NCBI GenBank assembly: GCA_951406725.2
Contig: OX597817.1
Coordinates: 149,854,001 to 149,918,000, forward strand
DNA from: Octopus vulgaris
Taxonomy: Eukaryota
Length of the DNA stretch: 64,000 bases
Reading direction: 5' to 3'
The notes beneath the pieces are model-generated. The model was not told the origin of the DNA. It did no database searches and saw only the letters and a list, made by a program, of their open reading frames with translations. Of this stretch, positions 11,351 to 24,643 are shown in pieces (position 1 is the stretch's first letter; each line of letters opens with the position of its first letter). The translations under genes were made by a program, and so were the position numbers.

Positions 11351-13010
11351 GTGAGTTTTCCATTAGTCTTTTTTTTTTTCTTTCTTTCATCATGGTTTAA
11401 CAAATGTTACATAAAATGTCACTTTGCACCATTGAATTTTCATCCTTTTTATGTTTCCAAATCAAACTTCATTACGATCCACTTTGCTTTTCATCCTTCC
11501 AGGCTCAATAAAATTAAGTATATAGAATTTGATTTAATCAATTAAGCCTGTACCAGTGGCATGTAGAAGGGACCGTTTGAGTGTGGAAATGCCAGTTCTG
11601 CCTGACTGGCATGTAAAATACACCATTCAAGTGTGACTGATGCCAATGCCACCTGACTGGCACCCATGCCAGTGGTATGTAAAAAGCACCATTCTAGTGT
11701 GACTGATGCCAATGCTACCTGACTGGCACCCATACCAGTGGTATGTAAAAAGCACCATTTGAGCATGGCCTATGCCAGTTCTGACTGACTGGTTCCCATG
11801 CTGGTAGCACATATAAGGCACTCACTATGCTCTTGAAGAGTTTGGCGTGAGGAAGGGTATCAAACTGTAGAGACCTTGCCAAATCAGACTGGAGCCTAGA
11901 GCAGCTTTCTGGCTTGCTAATCCTCGGTCAAACCATCCAACCCATGCCAGCATGGAAAACAGATGTTAAACGACGACAATGAACAGTACCCACGAAATTT
12001 GTGGCTCTGTAACTATATTATAAATTAATATTTGGGGAATAGAAGGCAGTAAACCGACAGAGTCGTTAGCACACCAAGTGAAATGCTTGGCGGCATTTTG
12101 TCCATTTTCACATTCTAAGTTTAAATTCTACCAAGGTTGACTTTGCCTTCCATCCTTTCAGGGTTGATAAAATAAGTACTTATTGAGCACAGGGATAGAT
12201 ATGAGTGACTTACCCACTCCACAAAAATTGCAGGCCTTGTGCCAAAATTTGAAATCAATATTTTGGGTTTGTTAAAATTGATAGCCTATTGGGCAAAATG
12301 GTTTGTATTATTTCACTAAGACTCTTTAGTTTGTGGCTTCAAATCCTGCTATGGTCAGCTCTGCCTGTCAGTTTTTTAGAGTTGATAAACTAAGTACCAG
12401 TCAAATACTGGTGGCAATCTATCATTCGACTTGAACTAAGCACTGGAAATTAATGAAACATTTGTTCTCTACATATTTAGTGCATTTATATCAATCCCAA
12501 TGTTGGACTCAGTTTAGTGAGTGATTGAGTTAATCTTCTTTCAGAGTTACCTACCTTTAATTTTGTAAACAGCACCTGTGCTGGTGCCCTGTAAAATACT
12601 CCAGTAAATTCCTGTTAAGTGGTTGGTATTAGGAAGGGCATCCATCCATAGAAACCATACTAAAACAGACAATTGGAGCCTAGTGTAGCTCTCCAGCTTG
12701 CTAGCTGCTGTCAAATAGTCCAGCATGGATAACAGACATTAAATGATGATGATGGTGATGTTCTGCATTCAAGAGCTGTGCCCTCCTATGGCTGTGGTTC
12801 CCAACCTTTTCATTACCAAAGACCCCTTTCATTTAAATGAGTTTCCCCATGGACCCCTTTTAATATGCTTATCCTTGTTAGGAAGGGCATCCAGCTATAG
12901 AAACACTGCCAAATCATACTAGAGCCTGGTGCAGCCTCCTTGGCTTACCAGACCGCAGTCGAACCGTCCAACTCATGCTAACTTGGAAAATGGACGTTAA
13001 ATGATGATGA

Positions 13011-13048
<38 letters not shown>

Positions 13049-13487
13049 CTACACAGCCTTGCTTTTTTATCACATTACAAAAAAACATTTATATGTATAT
13101 ATATATAAATGGCGGTGCCCCAGCATGGCCACAGCTCATAAGCTGAAACTAGAATCAATCAATCAATCAATATATATATATATATATATCCCTCCACTTT
13201 TGTGAGTTTTAATGTAGATTAACTCAACCATACATAAAAGTCCAATCCTGGGGGTTTTATATATGCACTAAAACCCTTGAACATTGTGCCCCAGCATGAC
13301 CACAATTTAATGAGTAAAAATAGTAAAAGAACAAAATAATAAATATCTTAATTTGTATAACATTCTAGTATTTCCATATTAAAGCTTTATTGAAAATTCC
13401 ATTTGATTAGTAAAGCATTGTCAAAGTTTGTATTTGATCATTTGATGAGTTTTCGAGTCATTAGTAGTTTTCTTGCTTATCTTTCAG

Positions 13488-13794
13488 CCCCAGCAGAAGG
13501 ATGTTGTCACCTGCAATTCAGTCCCCATGGAAAGGGAAAAGGTACATTACACCACAAACGGAGAATATGTGTATGATTTGTATTATATAAACCGTTCGGG
13601 ATTTGATTATCGCTGGCTTGAGAGCACCTCGTCCATTGAACTGTATGAGCAGATTTTGATGGATGACAGATTGTCTGATTCTGATGAATATGTCGAGGAA
13701 GATTCAGACAGCAATGACGAAAACAACTGGAGAAATGACTATCCTGACGAAGATCCCCACTTCTACGACCCTAATGAAAAAAACAGTGATGAGG
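13488..13794 (+). CDS. SLC7A6OS: SLC7A6OS exon 3 (Iwr1 domain)
   Basis: tttcag| and |gtaagc; TCNSVPM, YVYDLYY and EDSDSNDENNWRNDYPDED are diagnostic Iwr1 motifs; 307 nt phase 0/1. Confidence 0.95.
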
Positions 13795-14574
13795 GTAAGC
13801 TGGAAAAATCTCAACTAGCCTATTATCATCTTAGCTTTTTAAACCCCAACTAGCCTATTATCATTTTAGCTTTTTAAACCGAATATTATACCTGCTTTGT
13901 GTTTAAACTAGCCAGATTTGGCCTCTCTTACAGTGTCGTTCTAAAAATAAGCATCATTTTCATCATCCTTTAACATCCATTTTCCATGCTGGCAAGGATT
14001 GAATGGTTTGACCAGAACAGGCTGCCGGAGAGCTGCACCAGGTTCAGGTCTGATTTGGCTTGGTTACTATAGCTGGATGTCCTTCCTAACACCAACCACT
14101 CCTAGAGTGTAAGTGGGAGCTTTTTACATGCCACTGGCATGGGGGCCAGTCAGGTGGCACTGGCATTGACCACATTCAAATGGTGCTTTTTACATGGGGG
14201 CCAGTCAGACAGCACTGGCATTGACCACACTCGAATGGTTCATGAGAGCCAGTCAGGCGGCACTGGCATTGACCACACTCAAGTGGTACTTTTTATGTTG
14301 GGGACAGTTAGGCAGCACTGGCATTGACCATGCTTGAATGGTGCTTTTTTACATGTCATCGGCACAAGGGCCAGTCACACAGCACTGGCATTGACCATAC
14401 TTGAATGGTGCTTTTTACGTGCCTCTGGCACTGGCGTTGACCATGCTCAAATGGTGCCTTTTATGTGCCACCAGCACAGGTGCTAGTCCGGCAGCACTGG
14501 CATCGGCCACAACTACAATTTCACTTGACTCAACAGTTCCAGTCTGCTCAGCTAGCAAAAATTAGTAGTACATG

Positions 14575-14857
14575 TCATCATTGTTTAACGTCTGCTTTCC
14601 ATGCTAGCATGGGTTGGACGATTTGACTGAGGACTGGCGAACCAGATGGCTGCACCAGGCTCCAATCTGATCTGGCAGAGTTTCTACAGCTGGATGCCCT
14701 TCCTAACGCCAACCACTCCGAGAGTGTAGTGGGTGCTTTTATTTGCCACCGGCACGAGGGCCAGTCAGGCGGTACTGGCAACGGCCACGCTCAAATGGTG
14801 TTTTTTACGTGCCACCTGCACAGGAGCCAGTCCAGCGGCACTGGCAATGACCTCACT
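14575..14857 (-). mobile_element. SINE/LINE-tail family C ((GAT)n tail, internal approx 60-bp repeats)
   Basis: shared aggaagggcatccagc..ccaacccatgctagcatggaa..(gat)n; copies approx 568-820(-), 3730-4113, 11545-11983, 12575-12760, 12878-13012, 13958-14535(-), 19636-19980(-), 23238-23425, 23800-24178, 28720-28950, 35870-36247, 44850-45172, 50700-51293, 62069-62485. Confidence 0.85.
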
Positions 14858-15195
14858 GTCACATTCTGTGTCATGCTGAAACTCCTTGAGAACTATGTTA
14901 TGGGTATGCATGTCTATGGAGGGCTCAGTCAAGTGAAATCATAGTTAATTTTGCAAGCAAGCTGTTCCATTGATCAGATCAACTGGAGCCCTCGTTGTCA
15001 TAACCAACAAGGGGCCAGTTATCAATTCATCGTTCCTTTTTAAAATAATTTGATGTGATTTCAGGTAATTCTCTGCCATTTGTAACCAATGTAATGACCA
15101 CAAAAGATGCTTCCCCATTTTTATTGTGTTGATAGAATCATCCAGATATGTTTCCATGTATTATTAATTTTGTTCCCTCTGTTTTGTATTTTTAG

Positions 15196-15288
15196 ATGAT
15201 TATGACGACTATGAAAACTTTGGTCTTTGTTCTGATGACGAAAAACAAGCGGATATGTTGGCACACCGAATTGAAAGATGTTTTCTGG
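15196..15288 (+). CDS. SLC7A6OS: SLC7A6OS exon 4
   Basis: ttttag| and |gtaagt; 93 nt phase 1/1, acidic DDYDDYENFGLCSDDE. Confidence 0.8.
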
Positions 15289-15412
15289 GTAAGTTATTAA
15301 GTGTTTTAAATTGTTTAGTTTAACACAGCAGATCTCAGTCACCTTTTTTATCTGTCAACCTCTTTGGTTTCTATTTTATTCTACTGGACTCTCATAGACA
15401 TTTGATGCTTAA

Positions 15413-15973
15413 CCCTTTCATTATTGTATTTATTTTGAGATGCTCTGTGCTTCTTTCAATCAATTTTAAATATAACAAAGAATTTAGTAAAATAACTTAT
15501 CTTTTGTTTTTGGATTTGGTTTGCAAGATTCTTTATGAGTTCGTGTGTGGAAGCATATTCTGTTGTGTCTGGGGAAAGTCATTTTCTTTTTGTGCCTTAT
15601 AATTTAACACCCTCACCAGTAAAATTCACACTTATTTCTTATTACTATTTTCCTAAAATTTTTGTTGCATCTTACAACCTTTTCAATAGTCTTGACTATT
15701 GAAAAGGTTGCAAGACACAACGAAAATTTTCGGAAAATAAAAATAAAAAATAAGAAATAAGTGTGAATTTTACTGGTGAGGGTGTTAAATTATAAGGCAC
15801 AAAAAGAAAATGACTCTCCCCAGACACAACAGAACTTAGTTATCATTAAGCTAGTATTAGGAACGTAAATTGTGACTAAGGTTTGGTGGAAGTTTTTAAT
15901 TCAAAACTTATGAAAACAAGACATTTGTACTACAGAGCCAGAGGCACTTTCAGCTGGGTTGGTATCAAAAGGG
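15413..15973. mobile_element. piggyBac-like MITE carrying a nested palindromic insertion
   Basis: TTAA-CCCTTT...AAAGGG-TTAA; truncated second copy from 15994; related degenerate copies near 4138-4580 and 63600-63808. Confidence 0.8.
15501..15834. mobile_element. Fold-back element (ttctgttgtgtctgggg family), Penelope pLTR-like
   Basis: approx 135-140 bp imperfect arms 15558-15691 / 15694-15834; other copies 16086-16270, 31395-32241, 42327-42535. Confidence 0.7.
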
Positions 15974-16544
15974 TTAATTTAATCATTTGTTAACCCTTTT
16001 GTTACCATATTTATTTTGAGATGCTCTGTGTTTCTTTCAATCAGTTTTAAATATAACAAAGAATTTAGTAAAATAACTTAGTTATCTTTCGTTTTTGGAT
16101 TTGGTTTGCAAGATTCTTTATGTGAATTCATGTGTTGAAGCATATTCTGTTGTGTCTGGGGAGAGTCATTTTCTTTTTGTGCCTTATAATTTAACACACT
16201 CACCGGTAAAATTTCCACTTATTTCTTATTTTTATTTTCTTAAAATTTTTGCAAGATGCAACGAAAATTTTATTATAATCCTAGGTTAGTTGTCCAGCAT
16301 TTTTATCATTTAATGCCACTCTACCTTTAAACTGATATTAACTAAAATTAATTAGAGACTGAAACATTATCTTCATGATAGATGCATAGACAGTATTGGT
16401 GAATAACCCTAGTTTTGAAGCTGAATTTTTAGTAAACCAAAGAGAACTAAGCTTTGTTAGAATTACTAGAAATAGTGATAACCTCTTACTAAGAACTTGA
16501 TTTTTGCTTTATTTGTCTTCAATATTAAGTATTATTCATTGCAG

Positions 16545-16726
16545 ATGAAGAAGACAAAGAAGAAGAAGAACGGGAATATTACAAGCATCTGGATAGTCGT
16601 GGTGGTGGTGGTGGTGGTGATAGTGATGATGATGATGAATATTCAGTGGGTAAAGGACAAAATATTGGTGGACGATCCTATGAACAATACAAGAAAGACA
16701 TGTTAAAACAAATGAACAACACGTAG
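16545..16726 (+). CDS. SLC7A6OS: SLC7A6OS exon 5 (terminal)
   Basis: ttgcag| acceptor, phase 1, acidic and Gly6 tail ending YEQYKKDMLKQMNNT-TAG; total CDS 1059 nt. Confidence 0.82.
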
Positions 16727-19700
16727 ACCAACGACGGAATGAACTTTTAATAGCGTTGTTTCTATTATTAATGTCAGCAACTACTTGATATCGAGAGAGG
16801 ACGAAGTTGTATATTGGTTAACTTTGACTTTCCTTTCTCTTGGGTCAGTAAAGTATATATTTAAATATTGATGGGGCTGTTCAGCATGATTTTCATTTCA
16901 CTAAAAATTATTGTACATCTTTGAGAAAATATTAACAGTCCATCTGGAAAATTCCATTATACAGAGAATATTTCTATTGTTGTTTAGCCTCAGAGCAATC
17001 AAGGCATTACTTTATCAAATGTATTCTTTCGTTTTTCAAGGCAGTAGTGGTGTGAAATGAAAGATTTCACTGCTATTTCTGGCATATAGAATGACTGCTG
17101 AGAGGCTCCTTCATTGGCCATACTGAATAATTGCATTTAAAATGAATACCAGTTATGGTAGATTAATGATTGTCCTGTTCATGTACATAATTCTAAAAGC
17201 AATGTCATTTATATAACTCCTTTATAGTCAGAAGAAATCTGAAGAATTTCATTTGTCAATATTGTTAGTAGAAATACTATTATTTCTCTTCAGAAAACAG
17301 AGAGGGAGAGTAAAACATGCATTATTGAATGTGAATCACACTTGAGTGAGTGAATAAGGTGTAACTAGCAAACAGTCATTGATTCACAGCTCAACACTGG
17401 TTTAATGTACAGTTGGCAAAGACCCTAACTCTCTACAAAAACCACGGATAGATACTGTTCACTTGGTAACGTGTATTAACATTCTTTCATAAAGCTGGAT
17501 ATTGTATAAATTTCTGAGGGGTCTGTCATGAGTTCTAGAGCTCATACAGCTGTAGTTTAACCCAGATTTCATTATGCTTAAGTACTGAGATTACAACACA
17601 TTCTTCTGAATGAGACACCAAGTTGACTTCAGCTGTCACCGGAATTCTTTTATGGCTGAGTGGCTTGTTTTGCATTGCTTAAGAACACAATACACTCCCT
17701 GGTCCAGGAAGCAAAACTATGATCATAAGATGTGAGGACAACATATTAACCACTGGACCACACACCTGTACAGAGTTTTAAAAAAACAAAAAAAAAACTA
17801 CATATTTTTATTTGAATTATGTGACTCTAACAATCAAGGGTATTGACAAATGCTATTAAATACTATGTAATTAAAAACTGGGAAGATACTCATTTGAACC
17901 ATTGGTCACCCCTCAATCCTATAGTTATGTTAAGGCGGTGAGCTGGCAGAAACATTAGCACACCACTTTATGGTATTTCGTCTGTCTTTATGTTCTGAGT
18001 TCAAATTCAGCCAGGGTCGACTTTGCCTTTCATCCTTTCAGGGTTGATGAATTAAGTACCAGTTGCATACTGAGGTCAATCTAATCGACTGGACTCCTCC
18101 CCAAAAATTTTGGGCCTCGTGCCTAGAGTAGAAAAGAATATACAAACGTAATAAGGTGGGGAGCTGGCAGAAACATTAGCACACTAGGCGAAATGCTTAG
18201 AAGTATTTCGTCTGTCTTTACACTCTGAGTTCAAATTCCACCAAGGTCAACTTTGCCTTTCATCCTTTTGGGGTCAATAAATTAAATACCAGTTGCATAT
18301 TGGGGTCGATCTAATCGAATGACCCCTTCTCCCAAAATTTCGGGCCTTTTGCTTAGAGTAAAAAAGAATATTTACAGTTATCTCCTGTTCTGCCTTATAT
18401 TTACCACACACTTGCAACTTTTACTCATTCCTTAGGAATTTAGAATTTATTTAATCGTCATATAATGTAAGGGAGGCAAATATTGGTGATGCTGCATTTC
18501 ACAAAAAAAAACAAACAGTACAATGAACTGGTTGAACTCTGCAAAAATACTTGAGGTAGGTGTTAGAGGGTTTATTGGAACCAGGATTCACTAATTCCTC
18601 AGATGTCTTGGACAAGTTGCAAAGGAAAGAAAATATTTTTTGAGGAAATAATCAAAAGTCTTAGAGAAAGTGAGCCACTACATATGGTTCAAGGGTGAAG
18701 ACAAGCGGTGTGTTGAATACAGTAAGGAACTTCAGTTCTGTATGAACAAGCATTGACTGATACATCTGGCTTAGATCAGAATATCTGACTCAAATTTTGT
18801 GCTCTTGTGTCAGGAATCATGTCACCTACATCAGTGGGTAGCTCTAGTCTCATGATGGAAGCAGTCAAAACACTTATAAAGCTGTTTTCATTGCTTGATG
18901 ACACACTGACTCTAGCATTTGAAGACACCCTCAGCACATAAGTGTTTACCTCCAACTAAGCACAACGTCAGTTACAGCATAGGTGTGTCTTCTCCAGCAC
19001 CACAATTCACCTCGCATCCTTTATATAAGGAGAACACGACTCTAAGTTTACTTCACCCGTTCACATTCTGATTCTGTCTTTCACACAGATGTGCATGTAC
19101 TCATCTCCAGAAGCATGAAATATTATTTTTACCTTTTCCCTTATCAGTGAGCATCACATGACTTGTATGTACAGATATAGCAGACAACTCTATAAACAAG
19201 TCATGTGACTGGGGGTTAATTTTCAACCAATCAATCATTTTTAAATGCCTTTTTGAAGATTATGAAGAGAGCCATTTTTATATTTCTACCTGCTTGGTTC
19301 CATAATGAAAATATTCTTGCTTTTTCTCAAATACACTGCATTTTTGTGCATCTTTTTATATGCAAATACTGTTTATCTTTAACTGGCTGTGTTCTTAAGC
19401 ATTGTAATTTATACTCCTATTGAAATATTACGAAAAATAAAAATGATATTTAAAACTAGAAGAATTTACCCTATTCTATATTCATCATCAACATATCCAT
19501 GCTGCTTCTCTCTTGCACAGAACTTCTGATTCTTCTTATATCTGTTTTCTCTCAGTTCATTTGTCCTCTACCATTCATGTACACTAACATCCAGTGGAGC
19601 ATGCTTGCTTCGTATGTTTCTGGATTTTCTAAGTTCATCATCATCATCATCGTTTGACATCCACTTTCCATGCTAGCATGGGTTGGACGATTTGATTGAG

Positions 19701-21355
19701 GGCTGGCGAACCAAATGGCTGCACCAGGCTCCAATCAGATCTGGCAGAGTTTCTACTGCTGGATGCCCTTCCTAACGCCAACCACTCCAAGAGTATAGTG
19801 GATGCTTTTACATGCCACCGGCATGAGGGCCAGTCAGGCGGTACTGGCAACAACCTCACTCAAATCTTTTTACACATGTCACTGGCACAGGTGCCAGTAA
19901 GGCAACGCTGGTAACGATCACGCTCGAATGGTGCCTTTTACGTGCCACCGGCACGGAAGCCAGTTAGCCGCTCTGGCAACTCTTAGCACCCTACTAGCAT
20001 GGGGCTCAAGTGCCAGTAAGGTGATGCTAGGCCCAAGTTTCACTGACATGCAGGAACACACTTCATGTATAAGCATCATACAACCTTCCCTTCATTCTGA
20101 TGGAGAAACCCTTTATTAAGAACAGACTTAATATCTCCTTGAACTTTTTTGCCCCATTTTTATTCTGTATTCTATGCATTCAAAGCACTTATATTGACCA
20201 CTAATTAGATCACCAAGGTAATTAAAGCTACCAACTATATCTGGGCATTTAGAAATATCTTTTTTAAAAAATAATAATGATAAGATTATTACGAACCACA
20301 TGGTTCTGGGTTCAGTCCCTCTGCGTGGCACTTTGGGCAAGTGTCTTCTACTATAGCCTTGGGCCAACCAAAGCCTTGTGAGTGGCTTTGGTAGACGGAA
20401 ACTGAAAGAAGCCCATCGTATATATGTGTATATGTATGTGTGTGTGTATATATATATGTATGTGTATGTATATGTTTGTGTGTCTGTGTTTGTCCCCCAC
20501 CAACATCGCTTGGTGTGTTTACGTCCCCGTAACTTAGCGGTTCGGCAAAAGAGACCGATAGAATAAGTACTAGGCTTACAAAGAATAAGTCCTGGGGTCA
20601 ATTTGCTCGATCAACTAAAGGCGGTGCTCCAGCATGGCCACAGTCAAATAACTGAAACAAGTAAAAGAGTATATACATTGTTCAGGTACACTTTTACTGT
20701 TGTCTTCACCTGTGAATCTCTACCAGCAAGACTGTCATCCCACTCCACCACAGAAATTTCTACATATTTCATTGGTGACAATAAGGTCTTGCTTTCTTCC
20801 TGTTTTATTAAACTTTTAGTCTTTGCAAAGTTTATTTTGAGACATTTCAGTTCCTGGTTTTGTTTACATGTCTGGAAGATCTTCAGATTCATTTGTAGCA
20901 AATACATCTTAAAACTTAAGTAATTCCATGGAGAGCTGGTCTTAAATTCTTCTGTCTTAACACCCTCCCATTTATTATAGTTCTGGAGGGCTTTAATAAA
21001 TGGGAGTGGGTTAAGATATTAGTTCGGATTAAACCTGACCTGCATGCTAAATTTGTCATTAAACTCATTGCTAACTCTTACCTTGCTATACCTGGCTTGT
21101 ATGACCCCTCACACACACACATATATTCATTTATTCTTTTACTCGTTTCAGTCATTTGACTATCGCCATGCTGGAGCACTGCCTTTAGTCAAATAAATCG
21201 ACCCCAGGACTTATTCTTTGTTAGCCTAATACTTATTCTGTCAGTCTCTTTTACCGAACCACTAAGTTATGGGGACATAAACACACCGACATTGGTTGTC
21301 AAGCGATGGGGAAGGGACAGATGCACAAACATATACACACACATACATATATATA

Positions 21356-22262
21356 CTAGCTGACGTACTAGGTAATTCCCAGGAAAGCGAGGCTTATCCC
21401 TTGGTTCTTCTGTTCTCATAATTGTTTCGCTAATCTAATAACAACAATACAAAGTATGTAGCCCTTAAAATGGTTTTTGTGCATTTACAGAGAATACTGA
21501 ACTGTCTTACACAGGATCATGTTTTTAGGAATTCCCCATAAGTTATGAATACTCAAATTGTGAAGTCAAATATGTAATCACATGAAATTAGTTACACGAT
21601 AGTAAGAATTCAAATAAAGTAACCCTGAAAAGGGCTTTAATGCATTCCCAGAGTATATAGAGCTTAGGAGGAAATACCAATACAGTACGTATACGAAAAT
21701 CATGAAGCATGTTACAGGATAACAAGCTAATTAGGTATGAGATAATAACAATTCAAAGTAAATAACTCTGAGAAGGGCTTTTGTGTGTTCCCAGAGAATA
21801 TTACCCTCAGGGGCACTAGTGTTGGTACATATGTGAATAAGTCACTTACCGAAATAAGTGGATCTATTGTTTAGGAAAATACTATTTACTTGTTTGTTTA
21901 AGGGTTGTACTGGATAAATTGCAAAAATAACTCTAACAGTTCAAATACTAAGAAATAAGCATTCTCAATTTCATTTTTAGTAAATAATTTAGGAAAATCA
22001 ATGGGTTATTTCCCTTGGCTATATATAAGGATTTCTTCCAAGGGCGAATAGGTTATTTCCCTTGGTTTTTAAAATAAAATATATTAGATATATATAAGGA
22101 TCCCTTCCAGGGGATGTATTATCTTTTTTTTTTCAACAATCTGAGTATGCCCTGAGGTTTTCAGGCATGAGTTCTACTCATGTATCAAGTTTCATCAAAA
22201 TCGATAAAACGATGTAGGAGTTAGCGAACAACTCCACAAACACACCCACAGACAGAATTTCC
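21356..22262 (-). mobile_element. Non-autonomous Helitron-like element
   Basis: minus 3' end CTAG followed by T, preceded approx 8 nt upstream by imperfect hairpin ctgggaattacctag; internal repeated subunits; no TSD. Confidence 0.55.
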
Positions 22263-22923
22263 AACATATTTTTACTCTTTTACTTGTTTCAGTCATTTGA
22301 CTGCGGCCATGCTGGAGCACCGCCTTTAGTCGAGCAAATCGACCCCGGGACTTATTCTTTGTAGGCCCAGTACTTATTCTATCGGTCTCTTTTGCCGAAC
22401 CGCTAAGTGATGGGGACGTAAACACACCAGCATCGGTTGTCAAGCAATGTTAGACGGATAAACACAGACACACAAACATATACACACATAAACATATATA
22501 TATACATATATACGACAGGCTTCTTTCAGTTTCCATCTACCAAATCCACTCACAAGGCATTGGTCGGCCCGAGGCTATAGCAGAAGACACTTGCCGAAGA
22601 TGCCACGCAGTGGGACTGAACCATGTGGTTGATAAGCAAGCTACTTACCACACAGCCACTCCTGTGCCTATATATGTATATATATATACATATGTATATA
22701 TATAAATATATACATGTATACAAATCCAGAAGATGCTCTTGTTTAAATTTGCTAGCTCCTTGCTGGAGCCACCTTTTAGTTGAGCAAATCGACCCCAGGA
22801 CTAATCTTTTGTAAGCCTAGTACTTATTCTATCAGTATCTTTTGCCAAACCACTAAATTATGGGGATGTAAACACACCAGCATCGGTTGTCAAGCGATGT
22901 TGGGGAGACAAACACAGACACAA

Positions 22924-22968
<45 letters not shown>

Positions 22969-23450
22969 CACGACGGGCTTCTTTCAGTTTCTGTCTACCA
23001 AATCCACTCACAAGGCTTTGCTCAGACCGAGGCTATAGTAGAAGACACCCAAGGTGCCAGCTGAGAGACTGAACCCGGAACCATATGGTTTGGAAGCAAG
23101 CTATATACCACACAGCCACTCATATATATATACATATATTATATCAAAGTTGATAGTCTTTTCTGTGTTTCACCTTTAGCTAGTCTATCCAGCTGAAGGT
23201 AAAAGTCAGAGTAGACTGTTAATATCTACAGTTGTTACGGGTGGCACGTAAAAAGCACCTACTACACTCACGGAGTGGTTGGCGTTAGGAAGGGCATCCA
23301 GCCGTAGAAACACTGCCAGATCTGACTAGGCCTGATGAAGCCTTCTGGCTTCACAGACCCCAGTTGAACCGTCTAACCCATGCTAGCATGGAAAACGGAC
23401 GCTAAACGATGATGATGATGATGATATATATATATGTGTGTGTGTGTGTA

Positions 23451-23668
23451 CAATGAGGTGCTGAAAAATTCCTGGTTTTAAGGGTATTATCAAAGGCCTG
23501 GTTGAAGGCCCAACCATCCGAGTTCTTTTGTAGGGCTTAGAAAAACTGAAGGACCTCTGCAATAAGTGTGTGAATCTGAGAGGGAAATACGTTGAATAAA
23601 ATCATAATTAACTGATCCTCCTGTATTTTCTTTTACCCGAAGTCAGGAACTTTTCAGCACCCACTTGT
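23451..23668 (+). mobile_element. mariner-derived MITE
   Basis: TIR gtgctgaaaa(a/g)ttcctg; internal KLKDLCNKCVNLRGKYVE* resembles a mariner transposase C-terminus; TA flanks. Confidence 0.75.
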
Positions 23669-24434
23669 ATATTTGATAGTGTCTGTCAAATATGTGGCTG
23701 TATGGTAAGAAACTTACTTTCCAACCACATGGTTCTAGGTTCAGTCCCACTTCATGGCACCTAGGGCATCATCTATAGCCTCAGGCCAACCACTTGCGAA
23801 GACATGTTGGGACAAGCGAAATCGAAATCGAATTGAACCAGCCAGGATCCCTGGTCTGGTGGTACGTAAAAAGCACTATCCGACTCGTGGCCGATGCCAG
23901 TGCCGCCTCGACTGGCTCCGTGCCGGTGGCACATAAAATACACCAATCCAACCATGGCCGTTGCCAGCCTCGCCTGGCACCTGTGCAGGTGGCACGTAAA
24001 ATGCACCCACTACACTCACAGAGTGGTTGGCGTTAGGAAGGGCATCCAGCTGTAGAAACATTGCCAGATAAGACTGGAGCCTGGTGCAGCCTTCTGGCTT
24101 CCCAGATCCCCGGTCGAACCGTCCAACCCATGCTAGCATGGCGAACAGACGTTAAACGATGATGATGATGATGATGATATATGTGTGTGTGTGTGTATAT
24201 ATGTATGTATTTGTGTGTTTGTATTTTGCCTCCCACCCTCCACCATCGTTTGACAACTGTTGATGGTGTGTTTGCATTACCATAACTTAGCTATTTGGCA
24301 AAAGAGCCCAATAGAATAACTACTAAGCTTACAAAGAATAAGTCCTAGGGCCAATTTGTTCAACTAAAGGCGGTGCCACAGCATGGCCGCAGTCAAATGA
24401 CTGAAACAAATAAATGAATATATATATATATATA

Positions 24435-24520
24435 TATATACCAATTAAGGACCGACACGAAAAGTGGACAATCAACAGTTGACTGTCCACTTTTCGTGTT
24501 CAGTCCTTAATTGGTATATA
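24435..24520. repeat. Short palindrome (approx 40-bp arms)
   Basis: taccaattaagggaccgacacgaaaagtggacaatcaac / gttgactgtccacttttcgtgttcagtccttaattggta. Confidence 0.85.
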
Positions 24521-24643
24521 TAAATATTTTAATCTTCGGATTCTTTTTAATATGCTAGACCACTGGTTTTAATTGATAAATATCAATTTCTACCCTTAAT
24601 TAATTTTATATATATATATATTTTATATATAGAGATATATATA

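Noticed and set aside
13809-13880. Duplicated approx 36-bp motif just after the exon 3 donor
   Set aside because: Simple local tandem duplication with no evident function
16497-16706. Listed 69-aa ORF with poly-K/V/M
   Set aside because: Wrong frame of SLC7A6OS exon 5; splice phase selects the acidic frame ending at 16726
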